From the human T2T-CHM13v2.0 reference genome, Homo sapiens: a stretch of 64,000 nt of DNA. Numbering within the stretch: position 1 is the stretch's first letter; every line of letters starts with the position of its first letter. This document shows, in pieces, positions 23,407-35,692 of this stretch. A program made the translations under genes and the position numbers. The stretch lies in assembly GCF_009914755.1 (NCBI RefSeq), contig NC_060932.1; one strand, 5' to 3'. Under the pieces are notes generated by a model. The model had not been told where the DNA came from, made no database searches, and saw only the letters and a program-made list of their open reading frames with translations.

Positions 23407-23560
23407 TTATAAGAGGTGGAGCCATGGGATTTGTCAAAATGGATGAATGTGATTGGCTAGTGGTGCTGATTAAACAACATGAAGGGCCAGCATGGGAGTG
23501 GTTTTATCAAAACTCAGTCAATATGAGTGTGACCCAGTCAGAATTAGCCTAATTCAATCA
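23407..23560 (-). promoter_or_regulatory. PRR23D promoter: TATA-like box, CCAAT, DUX4-type motif
   Basis: TTATAA 23407-23412; CCAAT (minus) 23452-23456; TAATTCAATCA 23550-23560. Arrangement is conserved in the paralog. Confidence 0.6.
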
Positions 23561-23699
23561 AAATTAATTCAAGATCTCTACTCTGATTCACCATATAATT
23601 GTGACATAAAATAACAGTATTTTAAACTAGCAATATTTACTTTCTATTGTAGTCTGTTCATTAATTTGGTAGGACAGTTATTTTCTGTAAAGTTCATGT

Positions 23700-24034
23700 G
23701 TACGTCGTTTCTTAGTAAACATAAAGGATTGGGTCTAGGAAACTTTAAATATGCCACAATTTGTATATACTCAAGTCCCTTGTATAAAACGGCGTAGAAT
23801 TTGAATATAACATAATCACATTAATTTATATAATTTAATGATCTCTAGATTACTTACAATACTTAATGCAATGCCCAGACGTCACGTCATTTATGTGAAC
23901 TCAAAAAGAATGTGATGCATGGAAAATTTAAAGTTTCTCTGAAGAAACTTGTGCAAATCTTTTGTGAATATTTTCTATTCAAGATTAGTTGGATCCATGA
24001 ATATGGAACCTATGGATGTGGAGGGCTGACAGTA
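23700..24034. mobile_element. MER2-like (Tigger-derived) DNA transposon remnant
   Basis: CTCAAGTCCCTTGTATAAAACGGCGTAG core and terminal GGAACCTATGGATGTGGAGGGCTGACAG-TA. Confidence 0.7.
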
Positions 24035-25979
24035 TTTTTAAATAAAAAAAAATACGTTATTTTAAGTGAATTAAGTTTTAAAATGAATCTCCTGGGGAAA
24101 GTTATCCAAACAGAAGAAGCGAATACTATAAGACAAGCTGGGGAAAATACAAAAAGAACCTTTACTTAATTTCTAATATATCACTGTGTATTAATCTGTC
24201 TGTTAATTTATTTCTTGCCTGTATCCCCGCTGGACAAATTTCAGAATTGTAATGCAAGTTTTGCTTTCAACATTACTTATTAATTACAAATCCATCATTC
24301 TTATTGGCAAAGTCACCTAAACTTCTTGCAGGTGGCCAGACACCATATGCCTGAACTCAGAATTAGTCATTTTAAGATTAAAAATTATTTGACAGTATAA
24401 AGAATAATAGATGGTATTGGGGGAAAACAGTAATCCAGTAATCACTAGAACTGAACTAGAAGGAAAATCTGTGAGGGTGCACCATTACTGAGCGTGCCAT
24501 CTCTAACAGGCCCCTGAGCTCAGGGCTTCATCCTCTCTCTAGAACTTGTATAAATTTGTTTGTGGATTCTCTTTGCATTTAGCTGATAATTTCATCAGTT
24601 TTATTAGGTGAAGTATAGACCCTGTTTCCCTTAAATGTTAAAAAAAAATTGAATCTAATTAGCAGATGCCTTTTGCACTGAAGCTTTCTTCTCCAGTTAG
24701 ATAAATCATTTAGATGAATAAAAGGAAAACAGGAAGATTCCTTTAATTTTGCCAATGTCTTAAAAGCCTCCAAGGGGAACATTAGTGCCTTTATCCAGAG
24801 AACTCTCTGCTTTGGGGATTTTGATAATTTCTGAGGAGAACAGCAGGTAATTAGCTGAATATCAGCTGCAGTTATAAAATTGGATTAATTGCCTACATTC
24901 TTTCTGGCTGCGGGGTTCAGGTTGAGATATTCAAGAAATAGCCTCTATTGATGATTCTGGAGTATGTATATTTTACAGTCAAGAAAGAGAAAGGCTCCTC
25001 ATGGTGAGTTTCTGTGTGTCACGTCTAGCTGAAAACCTATGGACTGCAAACCAGTACAAGAATAAAAATATGAGGGACGTGCCAAATATATATTCTACCT
25101 TTATAATCGCTTTGATTATAAACCAAATGTTTTAATAGATAAATTAATAAATTTGCAGCATAAATGTCTCAGGATATATCCTGCAGCACAGAATAATAAC
25201 TTATTTTTGAAGAAATATTTAAGCAATATGTTTTCATTTGGGGTAGAAACTATTTTTCACAAAAGTGTAGCTTTCCCCTTGCATGTGTAATGAAAATCAC
25301 TTTTAAATCTGCAGTGCTAGGGTAAAATTAAAGACGTGGCTCTTGCCGTTTTAATAGCAACAATTAAAGGATGCATTAGTGCCCCTCCCTTTCATTGTCT
25401 CACTATTTTTCAGTGAATTTGGCACTGTAGGAAAGATGAGCCCCTCACAATGTGGAAATGCAGGGATGCAGAGTGCGGGGTTTCCCTGCAGGGGCCCCTT
25501 TCTCGCGAGCTGCGCGACAGTGCGCCGCCGTGCCCCGGCCACATACTCCTTCCTCTGCAGGGTCCCCGTATTCTGTAGATTTTCCTCACAATTCTTCTTG
25601 TGTTTCTCCTCATAATGAATCCTGACAGAGGTTGCGAGGAAGGCACATTACGGCCTGCTATGGTTATCAATGAAAATCCCTAAGGAATACGTAGATTTGT
25701 AAAATAATTCTTGCTAATATATCCCAACAGACAGTGCAGAAGAAAACACGTAGGAACAGCCCAGAACATTAAGTCTTTAGTGCTGTTTCAGAAAAATATC
25801 CGGGAGACGCGCAGGGAATCTCACTCCTCAGCAGGTAGGGCTGTGAACAGCAGCGTTTTCCTTAAGATGGATGCAGCCCCATTTGCCCCAAAGCCAGGGC
25901 GGCGCCTCCTCCTCCCTGGCCTGAGGAAGGGAAGTTCCCTTCTTCCTTGGCGATCTGGCCCCGCTTCCGCAAGCAGAAT

Positions 25980-25989
25980 GCGCATGCGC
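25980..25989. promoter_or_regulatory. NRF1 consensus site in a small CpG-rich patch
   Basis: GCGCATGCGC palindrome with an adjacent CTTCCG (ETS core). Confidence 0.55.
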
Positions 25990-27502
25990 CCCGCACGACC
26001 AGAAAGCGAGTTCCATTGCCCTCTGCCGGCTATGGGCTTGCAGCGCGGGACTCTTGGCCTTCACTGTTTAGCGGTTGACCTGCGTCTGTATCGCTGAAAT
26101 TCCGGTTTTATCAGTACCTTCCTTTTGGAAGATCAAATGCAAATGGAGCACGGTATCTTTTTTCTTTTTCTTTTTTTTTTTATGAAAGAGGGTGGAAATA
26201 AAGAAGCAAAGTCCAAAGACCGTATAAAATAGTCTGTTGATTCCCTGTATGTGGAGGAAAGAGGAGCTCGAATAAGAGAAACATTCTGTGTGATGCTTTA
26301 ATGCCAGAGATCTGCCACTATGCATTTGTCAAATACAATACAATTTTACAGCACAAATAGTACATCTTAGTGGGTCAGGATTACAGCAAATGACATCTAA
26401 AATTTGGAGAACATTACATATTTAATTAAATAGGTCAAAGTATAAATAATGTGAGGCCTGCCTGGACACAGCCTCTGCCTGTCCTTCCAGATTGTCATGG
26501 GCTTGAATTGATGTCTCCTCATCCTCACACAGGAATTGACATAAACCCTGGCTTTAACGTAAAAACAGTTGGGCAGATTTGTAAACATTATGATGTTTCA
26601 CTTTCACCCATGAATTAGCCAATTTAATTGGCCTCAGTAAAGTCTATGATTTTGGGATTGTGCAGTTTGGTAAAAGCTCAAAGTCCTCTCAGTATATTTC
26701 CTGGGACCACTTCTCCTTGATATTTAGATTCAGTACTGAGATTTGTTGAAGCACAATATGTATCCAAGCCCGAGTCAAAGCAGAGGATGCCTGCTGGTCA
26801 GAAGATTCATTTTGCTTGTGGAAAAGTCCATTGCATTTGATATAAAAGGGCTTGCATGGTGACTGAGAAGTTAGGGTGTTTTAGTTTGCTGGTGCTTTAT
26901 CTGCTAGGCTATAGTAAGGGGAGCAATGCTGTGTCCTTGTCTGTGTCATAACGCAATTACTCACTTGAATGAAAAGTGGGATGTCATGAGATGAATTCCT
27001 TTTCCCTCTTTGGGAGGCTTTAGGAACAAAATCTCAAGAGTTTTCTGAGGGATACAAGAGCAGGGCTGCCTGACTCTCTGCCCCGGGAGCTGTTCATGGG
27101 CAGAGACGAGGGCTGGGGTCATCCAATGGTTTATACAAGGTGTCTTTGATATTACTCCCATTTCCCTGCTAAATCTGTGTAATGGCTCACTGAGAAACCC
27201 GGCATGAAGATCCCTGTTTTGACAACTCCAGGGATGGATGGAGACAAATATTTTTGTTGGAAGTTAGAATTAGGGGACATGGGCTGTGCGGCAAAAATAA
27301 AAAACTCTTGAAGAAGGCAGGGACTCGAAGAAAGGGGTGGAATTTCTGCCCACATGCCAAAGAGTGCAGAAGGAATTCTAAGTGTTAGAGCAGCATCAGT
27401 AAAACTAGATCTTGTACAACATATTACATTTTTCAGGAACAGGCTATATTGTTTCAATATTTGCAAGTATTGTTCTCTTAAAAAACTTGAGGAGTTGCTT
27501 AG

Positions 27503-30500
27503 ACCTCTGGAGAGAAAAATTGAGACATGTAAGAGGGCAGGAGTGACACAGTGGTGACACACTCTGGAGTCCTGCCTACAAGCAGCACCCTTTGACCCAC
27601 TCCACAAAAGCTCTATTCCACAGCTCAATTCCTCCTTAAAAAAAAGGTGAGAAAAAAATCTAAAACTTAGGAGAAAACAAGGAGAATGACCCACTTTCAA
27701 GCACTTCTTAGATTTTACGACAACTCTACTAGCCAGACTTTATGTAAAATGGAAGTAACGTGGTCTTTGTGCACATTTAAAAAAAAAAAAAAAAAAAAAA
27801 AAAGCCCTAAGGTCGACCTGCAAGTTATAGATTTCCTAAGGTCTCTTTTTCTCTCTTTTCTTTTCTGCCTGCTTTATATCAGCTGTTACATTATGACTGA
27901 GATAAAAGCCACTGTTTGGATATAACAGGGTTTTGTTTGTCTGTTTGTTCGTTTTTCAAGCCAGTTTCATATCATTCCTAAAGTTCTCAACCAAAAGCTA
28001 CAGGATTTTCTTTTCTGTGCAAATATGTGCATGTATATATTTAAAAGGCTTTTATGATTTCTATAATTTTATGTTATGTAGCAGTTACATCCATTTTAAT
28101 TTCTGTCTAGCACAACAGACTATTTCGCTGTGTTCCTCAGATGTAAGTTTCCTATCTGATTTTCACCTATGAATTGTTTCCTTTGATATGCAGAGTAAGG
28201 CTATTTAGCTGACAGCTACCTAAGGTAGTCAAACAGGTTATCAAGAATTTGAAAACCTAAGACAGGAAAAAATAGGATCTTATGAATCTATAAGATGTAC
28301 ATCTATTGGCATGCCTAATACATCTATGTATTTATGTGTTGTGTACACAATGTTTCACTATTAAAAATATATACAAGAGCTCTAATTGGCTTTAAAAATA
28401 AAAGCACATAAATCAGATACTTAATCAAATAAAAGACTACACAAATGCTTTTTAAGGTCACTTGACTTAAAATATTTAATAAATGAGCTGGCTTTAAAAT
28501 TATGGGTAAAGTAAAATTAGAAATGTCGTAAAAATTGTTAGCATTTTTGTTTTGTGTTTATTGATCAAGTAATTCCATGCTTAATCCTGCAGAATAATAT
28601 AAGATTAACCATAAGGGTTATAAAATTATGAAAGCCAGACCAAGACAAAATGATCTTTGCTTGTGTAATTTTAGACAAGAAAGACATGGAATATTCTTTT
28701 AATGAAATCCTAAATTATTTGTAAAAATACTCTTATATTTAACTTTAGGTTTCCTATGTAAGTAAACACCTAAAATGCACAGCTATAAAAAAGGGTAACA
28801 GGGAAATAACTTACAGAAGGACTGTTACAGTTTTGGTCAATAATCTAGGTAAACTATTGAATAATGTAATCAGGGAAATGTGATGGAATAAATGCTTGTA
28901 AACAAACTTGTCATATAATTTAGGATCTAAGGTTATTCATAAATATTGAGTATACAGGTAATTCAAAACTTAAAAATTATAAAAAATTTTTAAGTGTTCT
29001 TATTAAAATGTAAATATCTTTGTGTAACTGACAGCCTACTTAAATGTTATGTATAAAAAGAACCAGAAAAAAAGAAATGTAAAAAAATTTAAAGTGGTAC
29101 CTTTTTATAGAGAAGGGATAAAGGAAAATAATTTTATATCAGAAAGAATCTTGTGTAGTAAATTTTTGCCCTAGAATAAAATGACTGGGTCATTCAAGAA
29201 AGAGGAATATTTAGGAAAAAACAGAAAGTCTAAACATGTTTTGAGTGGTCTATGTAAGTCATAACAGGGTTAGTAAAAATATATTTTTTTAAAGGGGTTG
29301 TATAATTCAGTTGGCTACCATTAAAAAGGAATTATAATAGTCTTTCTAGGGATGGATCTTCGATATTTAAAAATATACACTAATGTAAAACTGAAATAAT
29401 TGGTTAAAACAAGATTTTTATTAAAAATATTAACTTATTACTAATGCAAAAAGTTATTAAATTTTAAATTCTAGAATCTGTCTCTTTGAAATTCTTCAGA
29501 TAAAATAGGTCAAAACTTCAGCTCTTCCTCTTTGAAAGGGCCATGGATGATAGCTCTCTCCTTCACCTTTTGTTGGCTCCTGTAACTTTTATTAATTATC
29601 TAAAGTAAGAAAGGGAATTTTTTTAAAAAAACAGTCAAATGAAATATCCTTTGGACCTGCCTTTTTATTCCGCATGAGTGTTATATCTCTATCTTTATAT
29701 GTGTCATGTGGAAGTGGTATTTAACTCCCAAACTACATGAAAGAGCTCTAGACAAGTAACTTTTCTTAAAGAAATATAGCTGCTTGTTAGACTGGTACAA
29801 GCTATCTCAAATGCCCTTTTAATTTTCATAACCTTAAGAATCTTTGGTAAAATTAATGTGGTAAATTCCATCTCAAAACTCTCCAGTAATTTAAAAGCTT
29901 CAAGTCATGTTAAAATCTCAGGTTAGGTTATTTTTCACTGGAAATTTGGATTGCTGAAAGTTAAAATAGCAAGAGCATAAAATTTGTTTTTGGTGAATTT
30001 TATAAAGCATAAAAATGTTGACTTTGCTTAAAAAAGAAAATATATTTTTCCTCTAGCTAGAAAACTATTTAAGAGTTGCTTTAAAATGAAAGGAAAAATT
30101 ATACGGATATAACTAAATAAAAAGAGTAATTAAGCTAGGGCAACAAAAGTTAACTCTGAGACCCGTGGCTACCAAAATGATAGTCAATCAATGTGGGGGA
30201 AGAGCAAAACTAACTATTTAGAACCAGAGGGTATACTGTAAAGAATTGTTCCATTTTGTAGTTTAGTATCATCAGCTTCTTTAAAAAATCCTTACTATGA
30301 TGGATTGAGAAAAAACACTTTAAGGACAAGATTCTTAATTTTAAATGTTACACGATTTAAGAGCTTGTTTGGGTTAATGCAGGACCCACAGTTCACTATT
30401 GAACAACCACTAACATGTGATCCAAATACCCAGGAGGTTATTCCTAAGAGAATAATCATCATAATATACCCAGAAAATGCCACCATAAAGTCTGTTTTCT

Positions 30501-33500
30501 CTGAGTAGGGGACTACCTAACTCTCCCAATAAAATACCAAGTGAAACACCCCAGATGGAGCAGTTAATATGCTTCTTATGTGAACCATGTTGGACTGGCT
30601 TAATAATGACTGGGATATGCTCCCACCAAACTGTCTGTTACCCAGGTTATGTTAAATTTGGGTGCTAAGAGGGCCCCTTTTACATGGATGCTCCTCCCAC
30701 AAAATCATGAGAGTGTTTGAGGAGTCGTATCAAATTTGCTGCCCCTTAGAGGTCTTACAGATGCAACTCCCTGCTGAGAAACCAAACCCTTTTTCAATAG
30801 AAAAGGTAAAATGATTTGGGGGTATTAAAAAAAAATTCTGGGACCAGAACATATAAACATACAGGTTAATAGAGTTATGAAATTTAAAATGTTTAAACAG
30901 GTTTTATGTAAGGTAGTTGTAACCTCCTTTACTACCTGGGAGAGGTTTCCCCTTTCTAGTAGTATAAAACTGAAGGCCTATAAATCTGCTCTTTTGAGAA
31001 ATGTTAATTGGACATGCCAAATGGGAACTAGTAAGACTGCCTAAGCCCACAAAGTATAGGGTAGAAGCTGGAGTGCTAGTCGGGACAAATCCTGCACTTC
31101 ATAGCCCTTTGTGTAACATTTATTGGGGCTGATGGCAAAAAAAAAAAAAAACTGTGAGTTCTTCCTGATGACAAAGATAGAACAAGGGAATTTCTAGCTC
31201 AGGGACATTTAGTACCTTACTATGGAATGCTAACTGAACCAACTTCTATGATAGTGGAAATAATGTTGCCCCAAAAGAGTTTCGTGATAAAATAAAAATG
31301 GTTTACATAGAATCTTGCTACATGGGGATATAAGGAGGAGATACTAATAAGCAGGCAGCCTCATTCCTAGGACTAATTCTAACTCTGTGAGGAGCTGCTA
31401 GATTGCATAGTGCCTGATAGACAGCTCTCAGGAGCGGTTTGGCTTGTGCATGACATTTCCAAGATGATAAACAAACATCTTGTGTGAAAGCCACTGCTCT
31501 TGTTAAAGGAGGGTCCAGACAATCTTTTTCTTTAATTCATTTTGATGAAGTTTGTTTTTGTAAGCAAATTATCTTTCTGAGTTCTCCAAAATTCAGATCC
31601 TAATTTTATGACAATATGGTTGTTTGCATAAGTTTCAATAAGAGTCGTTAAAACAATTAGAGACTTGAACTAAAGTGGTATATTTTTAGGTAAGGTGCCA
31701 GCAAAGCCAACTTAAAATGAGTCTATGTGGCCAATCAATTCTTGCTGCATTTTAAGCAAATAATCCGGCCAACCATGATAAGACTAAAACTTACTTGGCA
31801 CACAAACTGGTCTTACTATAATCTCTAAAAAAAATGCAGATAGAACAATTGTTTAAAAGGAAAAGCTTAAGGATTAGTACTAGATTTCAGTCCTAACTCT
31901 TTTTAAGTGCAGATTAAATCATTATTTCTTTGCTATAATAATCCTCTAGAGAGTACCAGATCATAATTTATCTCCATATTTTTAGCTGGTTCCCTAATGA
32001 AGTAGGTTCCTTTTTCCATTCTGACACACAAATAATCTTTTGATTGTGAAACTATAAATGTTATTTACCTCTCCTTGTTTTACTTCCAAGGAAACCAAAA
32101 TTACGGTATTCTGAAGACTAGAGATATGAATCCCCCTCAGCTGACATCCCACTGGGTTCAGATCTGTATTTCACCGCGAATCTTCTGCTGCTAAAACTAT
32201 ACAAGCACCCTCTCTCTAGGCTCAGGGACTGTCTTGGAAGAGGCAGGCACATGAGATTGTAAGAGCTAGTTTTGGGCATGAACTTAGGTCCATGTCAAAC
32301 TCTCCAAATCAAGGAGGGGTACAAAGATGGTACAGCCGGCAAAACAAGGGACATTTCCTTCTAGACTATAGTGTGTCACTTTTGCATCCACCCCAACCAT
32401 AAACAATTTTCTGCTTCTCATAGATTTAAAAGAAAATATTTACTGATAGGATAAAGATGCCTTATGACAAAGCCTCTTGGTACAATACTCCCAAGTATAA
32501 ATTGCACATATAGTTTCAAATTGTGCTAATGCCATTAGTATACAATGGCAACAGCAATCCTGATGAATCCAGCAAAATTCGCCACCCAGAAATTAAAACT
32601 TGACCTCACTGGAAAAGTTGGAGCTGGCCTAGGTATATTGGTGTAAGCTGAGTTCATAGCTAACGAGGAGAGGCATCTCTTAGAGAAAAGTTTTCTGTCA
32701 AAAATAGCCCACATAGAAGGAATGTTATTCCAGGAAGATGGAAAAGGATGGGAAGCTCCTTTAAAAAATAATGCAACACTCATCAAATGGATAGGAGAAA
32801 CCAAACAAAACATAAAAACATACTCTCAAACCCGAAGGTGGCAATGAGCATGTTCTGTAACCCAACAGGGGCTCATGTCTATTTCATTACAAACACAATC
32901 TAAGGTGGCTATGAAGCAATGGCCTATACTCATCTGTGCCGAGGCACAATCCAAACACCTGTGGAAAATACACGGCCCCCCAAACATATGGAAAATTTCG
33001 GATGGTAAATGTGACCTCAAACATGGTATTCTCAGAGCATAGGCACCAAAGTTAAATGAGGCTCAAAGGTATTCTGTGGTTCAACTGGCAGGCATTGTAA
33101 ACAATACAGAAATACTCCCCTGGGGAAATAGGTGGACTATTTCAGCTCATGATAACACATGGCGTCCCATCTCCTTTTCAGATTGTGAAAACAGAAAAGG
33201 GGAATGGTTATGCCCTCAGTCCACTTAGAACCCTAATTTTCCCCAACTTAGCCCCTAATATCCACTCCCATAGCACATAACATTTGTTATATGGGAAAGG
33301 GCCATTTCTGTGGGAAAGGACAACAAAATGAAAGTATAGAATCATATGACTTCTCCTTTAAAGAACATTGTTTTCTCTCCCAAACACATACCAGTATATA
33401 GTGCAATACAAGTGGTGTGAAAAATAGGTGTGTCTACTGTTAACAAATCCTGTAGCAATTTAGATATAGAACACCAGGCATTTGTTGCACTTGATTTATA

Positions 33501-33553
33501 CCCTCGTCAGGATGTTATACCTATGGAGACCAATTGGCCCGAAGTAAACGAAG
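27503..33553 (+). mobile_element. Degenerate ERV internal region (MER57/MER4-group-like); 5' LTR missing
   Basis: Begins exactly where unit A/B homology ends; long AT-rich body; gag-like relic ~30350-30800; env-like relic 32480-33550; runs into an LTR 3' fragment. Confidence 0.75.
32480..33550 (+). pseudogene. Retroviral envelope remnant
   Basis: Frame 32545-33255 has only 4 stops in ~237 codons of AT-rich DNA, with a Gly-rich fusion-peptide-like segment, N-glycosylation sequons and Cys/Trp motifs. Confidence 0.7.
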
Positions 33554-33640
33554 CTGCACCCTTACTACCTTGGGCACATGTTCTGAGGACCTCCTGAGGG
33601 CTCTTCAATATATTGCAGAGTTTGACTGCTTTACTCAACA
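33554..33640 (+). mobile_element. Internally deleted 3' end of the MER57-like LTR
   Basis: Homologous to 19008-19139; ends ...TTTACTCAACA at the same junction. Confidence 0.7.
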
Positions 33641-33673
33641 AGGTACTGGGGATTAGGGTAGAAATACACCGAT

Positions 33674-35012
33674 GTGAAGGACGGCGCCATTTCTCAACTC
33701 ACAGAAATAAAAGAAGAGAAAACACCTGGAGAAGGAGGAGGAGAAGGGGGAGGGGAAAGGCGAGAGGAGGGGGAAGGGAAGGGGAGGGGAGGAGTGGAGC
33801 AGGAGGAGGAGGAGGAGGAGAAGGAGGAGGAGGAGGAGGAGGAGCAGCTGCTGAGCCTGGAGCTCCCGCCAGCCCCTGGGTGAGTCCTTGAGGTGGAAGA
33901 AGAGGGACTTGGTCCTGAGCCTGCCCCGGATCCACCCGCACCAGAACCCTAGAATCCCAGTTTCTGGATGGGACCCAGTCCCACCCAGGCCAGACACTCC
34001 CTTGACCCGGAGCCCGGGCCCTGCCTGGCCTCTGCTGCCACCTCTCATGACAGAGTCCAGGGCCCCCGCGCCACCTCCGCATCAGCAGGGCTCTGGGAGG
34101 GCGGGGCCAAAGACGCCCAATGGGACTTCCCGTCCGTAGGGGGATCCTGACGCCCTAAGGGCGCAGAAAGGCGCCCCCTGCACTGGGGCGGCCATCTTCG
34201 CTCTCGCAGAGGAAGGGGCCTCTCCAGCGCCCAGACTCAAAACCTCCCCGGAGGCCCGGGCTGGTGAGGACGCCCTGGCTGGGCCTCTCATGTGGACGAA
34301 GGCTGCTTCCGCCCCAGCCGAGATACAAAACTCTGAGGAGAATCAAACCTGAAAAGGTGCCTGTCCTCCTTCCCAGAGGGGAAAGGCAGTTCCTGAAACC
34401 TCAGTAGAAGAGAAAACGCTGTGAGGGCTCGGGGGACCAAGGACACTCTTCCCAGGCCAGCAAGGCCAGAGTAGGAGAAAGCTGCACCCACCTCCAGGGA
34501 ACATGTGAGGTTTTAGAGGGTCAGGCAAGTCAAGGGCAAACGCCCTGTACTCCCCCCGGGGTCATGAGCACTCCCCACCTACTGGGGTTGGGCTCAGGGA
34601 GGCCAGGACATTATCCCCGCATCTCCCCTGCCTCCAGGACCCAGGTTGACTAGGAAAAGGTGGTGGTAGCTCTAGCTGGCCATGGATGCACAGGCTGGGA
34701 CATGCAGGCCAACAAAGAGGTGCTGGGCCCTCAAGGGGACTGCTAGATTTCCTAGACACTCCAGAGACACAGGGACACCCAGGCAGGACAGGGAGAGCCT
34801 GGGAGCAGCTGTGAACAAGCGCAGGTGCCCATCCGAACACACAGAGCCAAGCTCTGTTCAATCACTTGCTAAGCCAGACCCATCCCAGGGCCCAGAGGTG
34901 CAAACAGTGACCCCACTCAGGACTTGGAAGGAGGAGCACAGGAAAAGCCCCAAATTGGCCAAAAAAACTGTCAGAAATGTGGCAGTTATTTCATAAGCAC
35001 GTGAATAATAAA
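33674..35012 (+). pseudogene. Putative decayed ORF, copy B (frameshifted)
   Basis: Paralog of 19226-20432; terminal 104-codon ORF 34682-34996 intact; AATAAA at 35007-35012. Confidence 0.33.
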
Positions 35013-35692
35013 CCCAAACAATGGAAAACAAAACTAAACAAAGGCAAGTGTGAATGGAAACGTGATGAGTGAGAGCAGGAGACTGTCTCAGTTGGAAGCA
35101 AGCACAGCAGTCACCACTACTTCATTCAGTGACGTCAAGATTTATTCAAAAGCATTGGCCTGGGGAGTGTAGGGAACCTGGACTAAAACAAGGAATGGGG
35201 CACAGCTTGGAGAAAAAGGGGAGAGTCTCAGGGCAGAAATAGAGCACCAGCCTTAGGAATTATTTATTGTGGCATCAGACCAATGACTACAAGGACATCA
35301 GCATGCAAGGGGCGGTGTTAGCCCTGGGAGTGAGCAGCTGTCTTCAGATGAATTTTCAGGCCACATCATGCTGGAAGCAGAACTCTCACATGGAGCAGTC
35401 AGGGATTCGATTGAGTGTGGTTGGATGTATGTGGTTAAATAGGAAGAGAAAGTCTAAGGGACATTGTGTGTGAAGTGAAATGTGAATGTTTTATTTGAAC
35501 TCCCTGCGGTTCTCCCCCTCCCTGCAGCATCTGGAGCCCTCTGCTGTTGAAGACAGTGGGTGTTGATGGGAAACAGCAAAGGGGAAGCAAGCGGTCCTTG
35601 GAATTACTTTCTCTCCACATTTCAGGGAATGCACTGACTAAGGACTTGGACAATCTCTGACCTATCAATGCAGGGGGTGACTCTTGGTTAAA

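Larger units (their letters stand above)
19000..27502. repeat. PRR23D duplication unit A (paralogous to 33554-42868)
   Basis: Colinear homology from the LTR 3' end through PRR23D, MER2 and the NRF1 element to GTTGCTTA. Confidence 0.92.
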
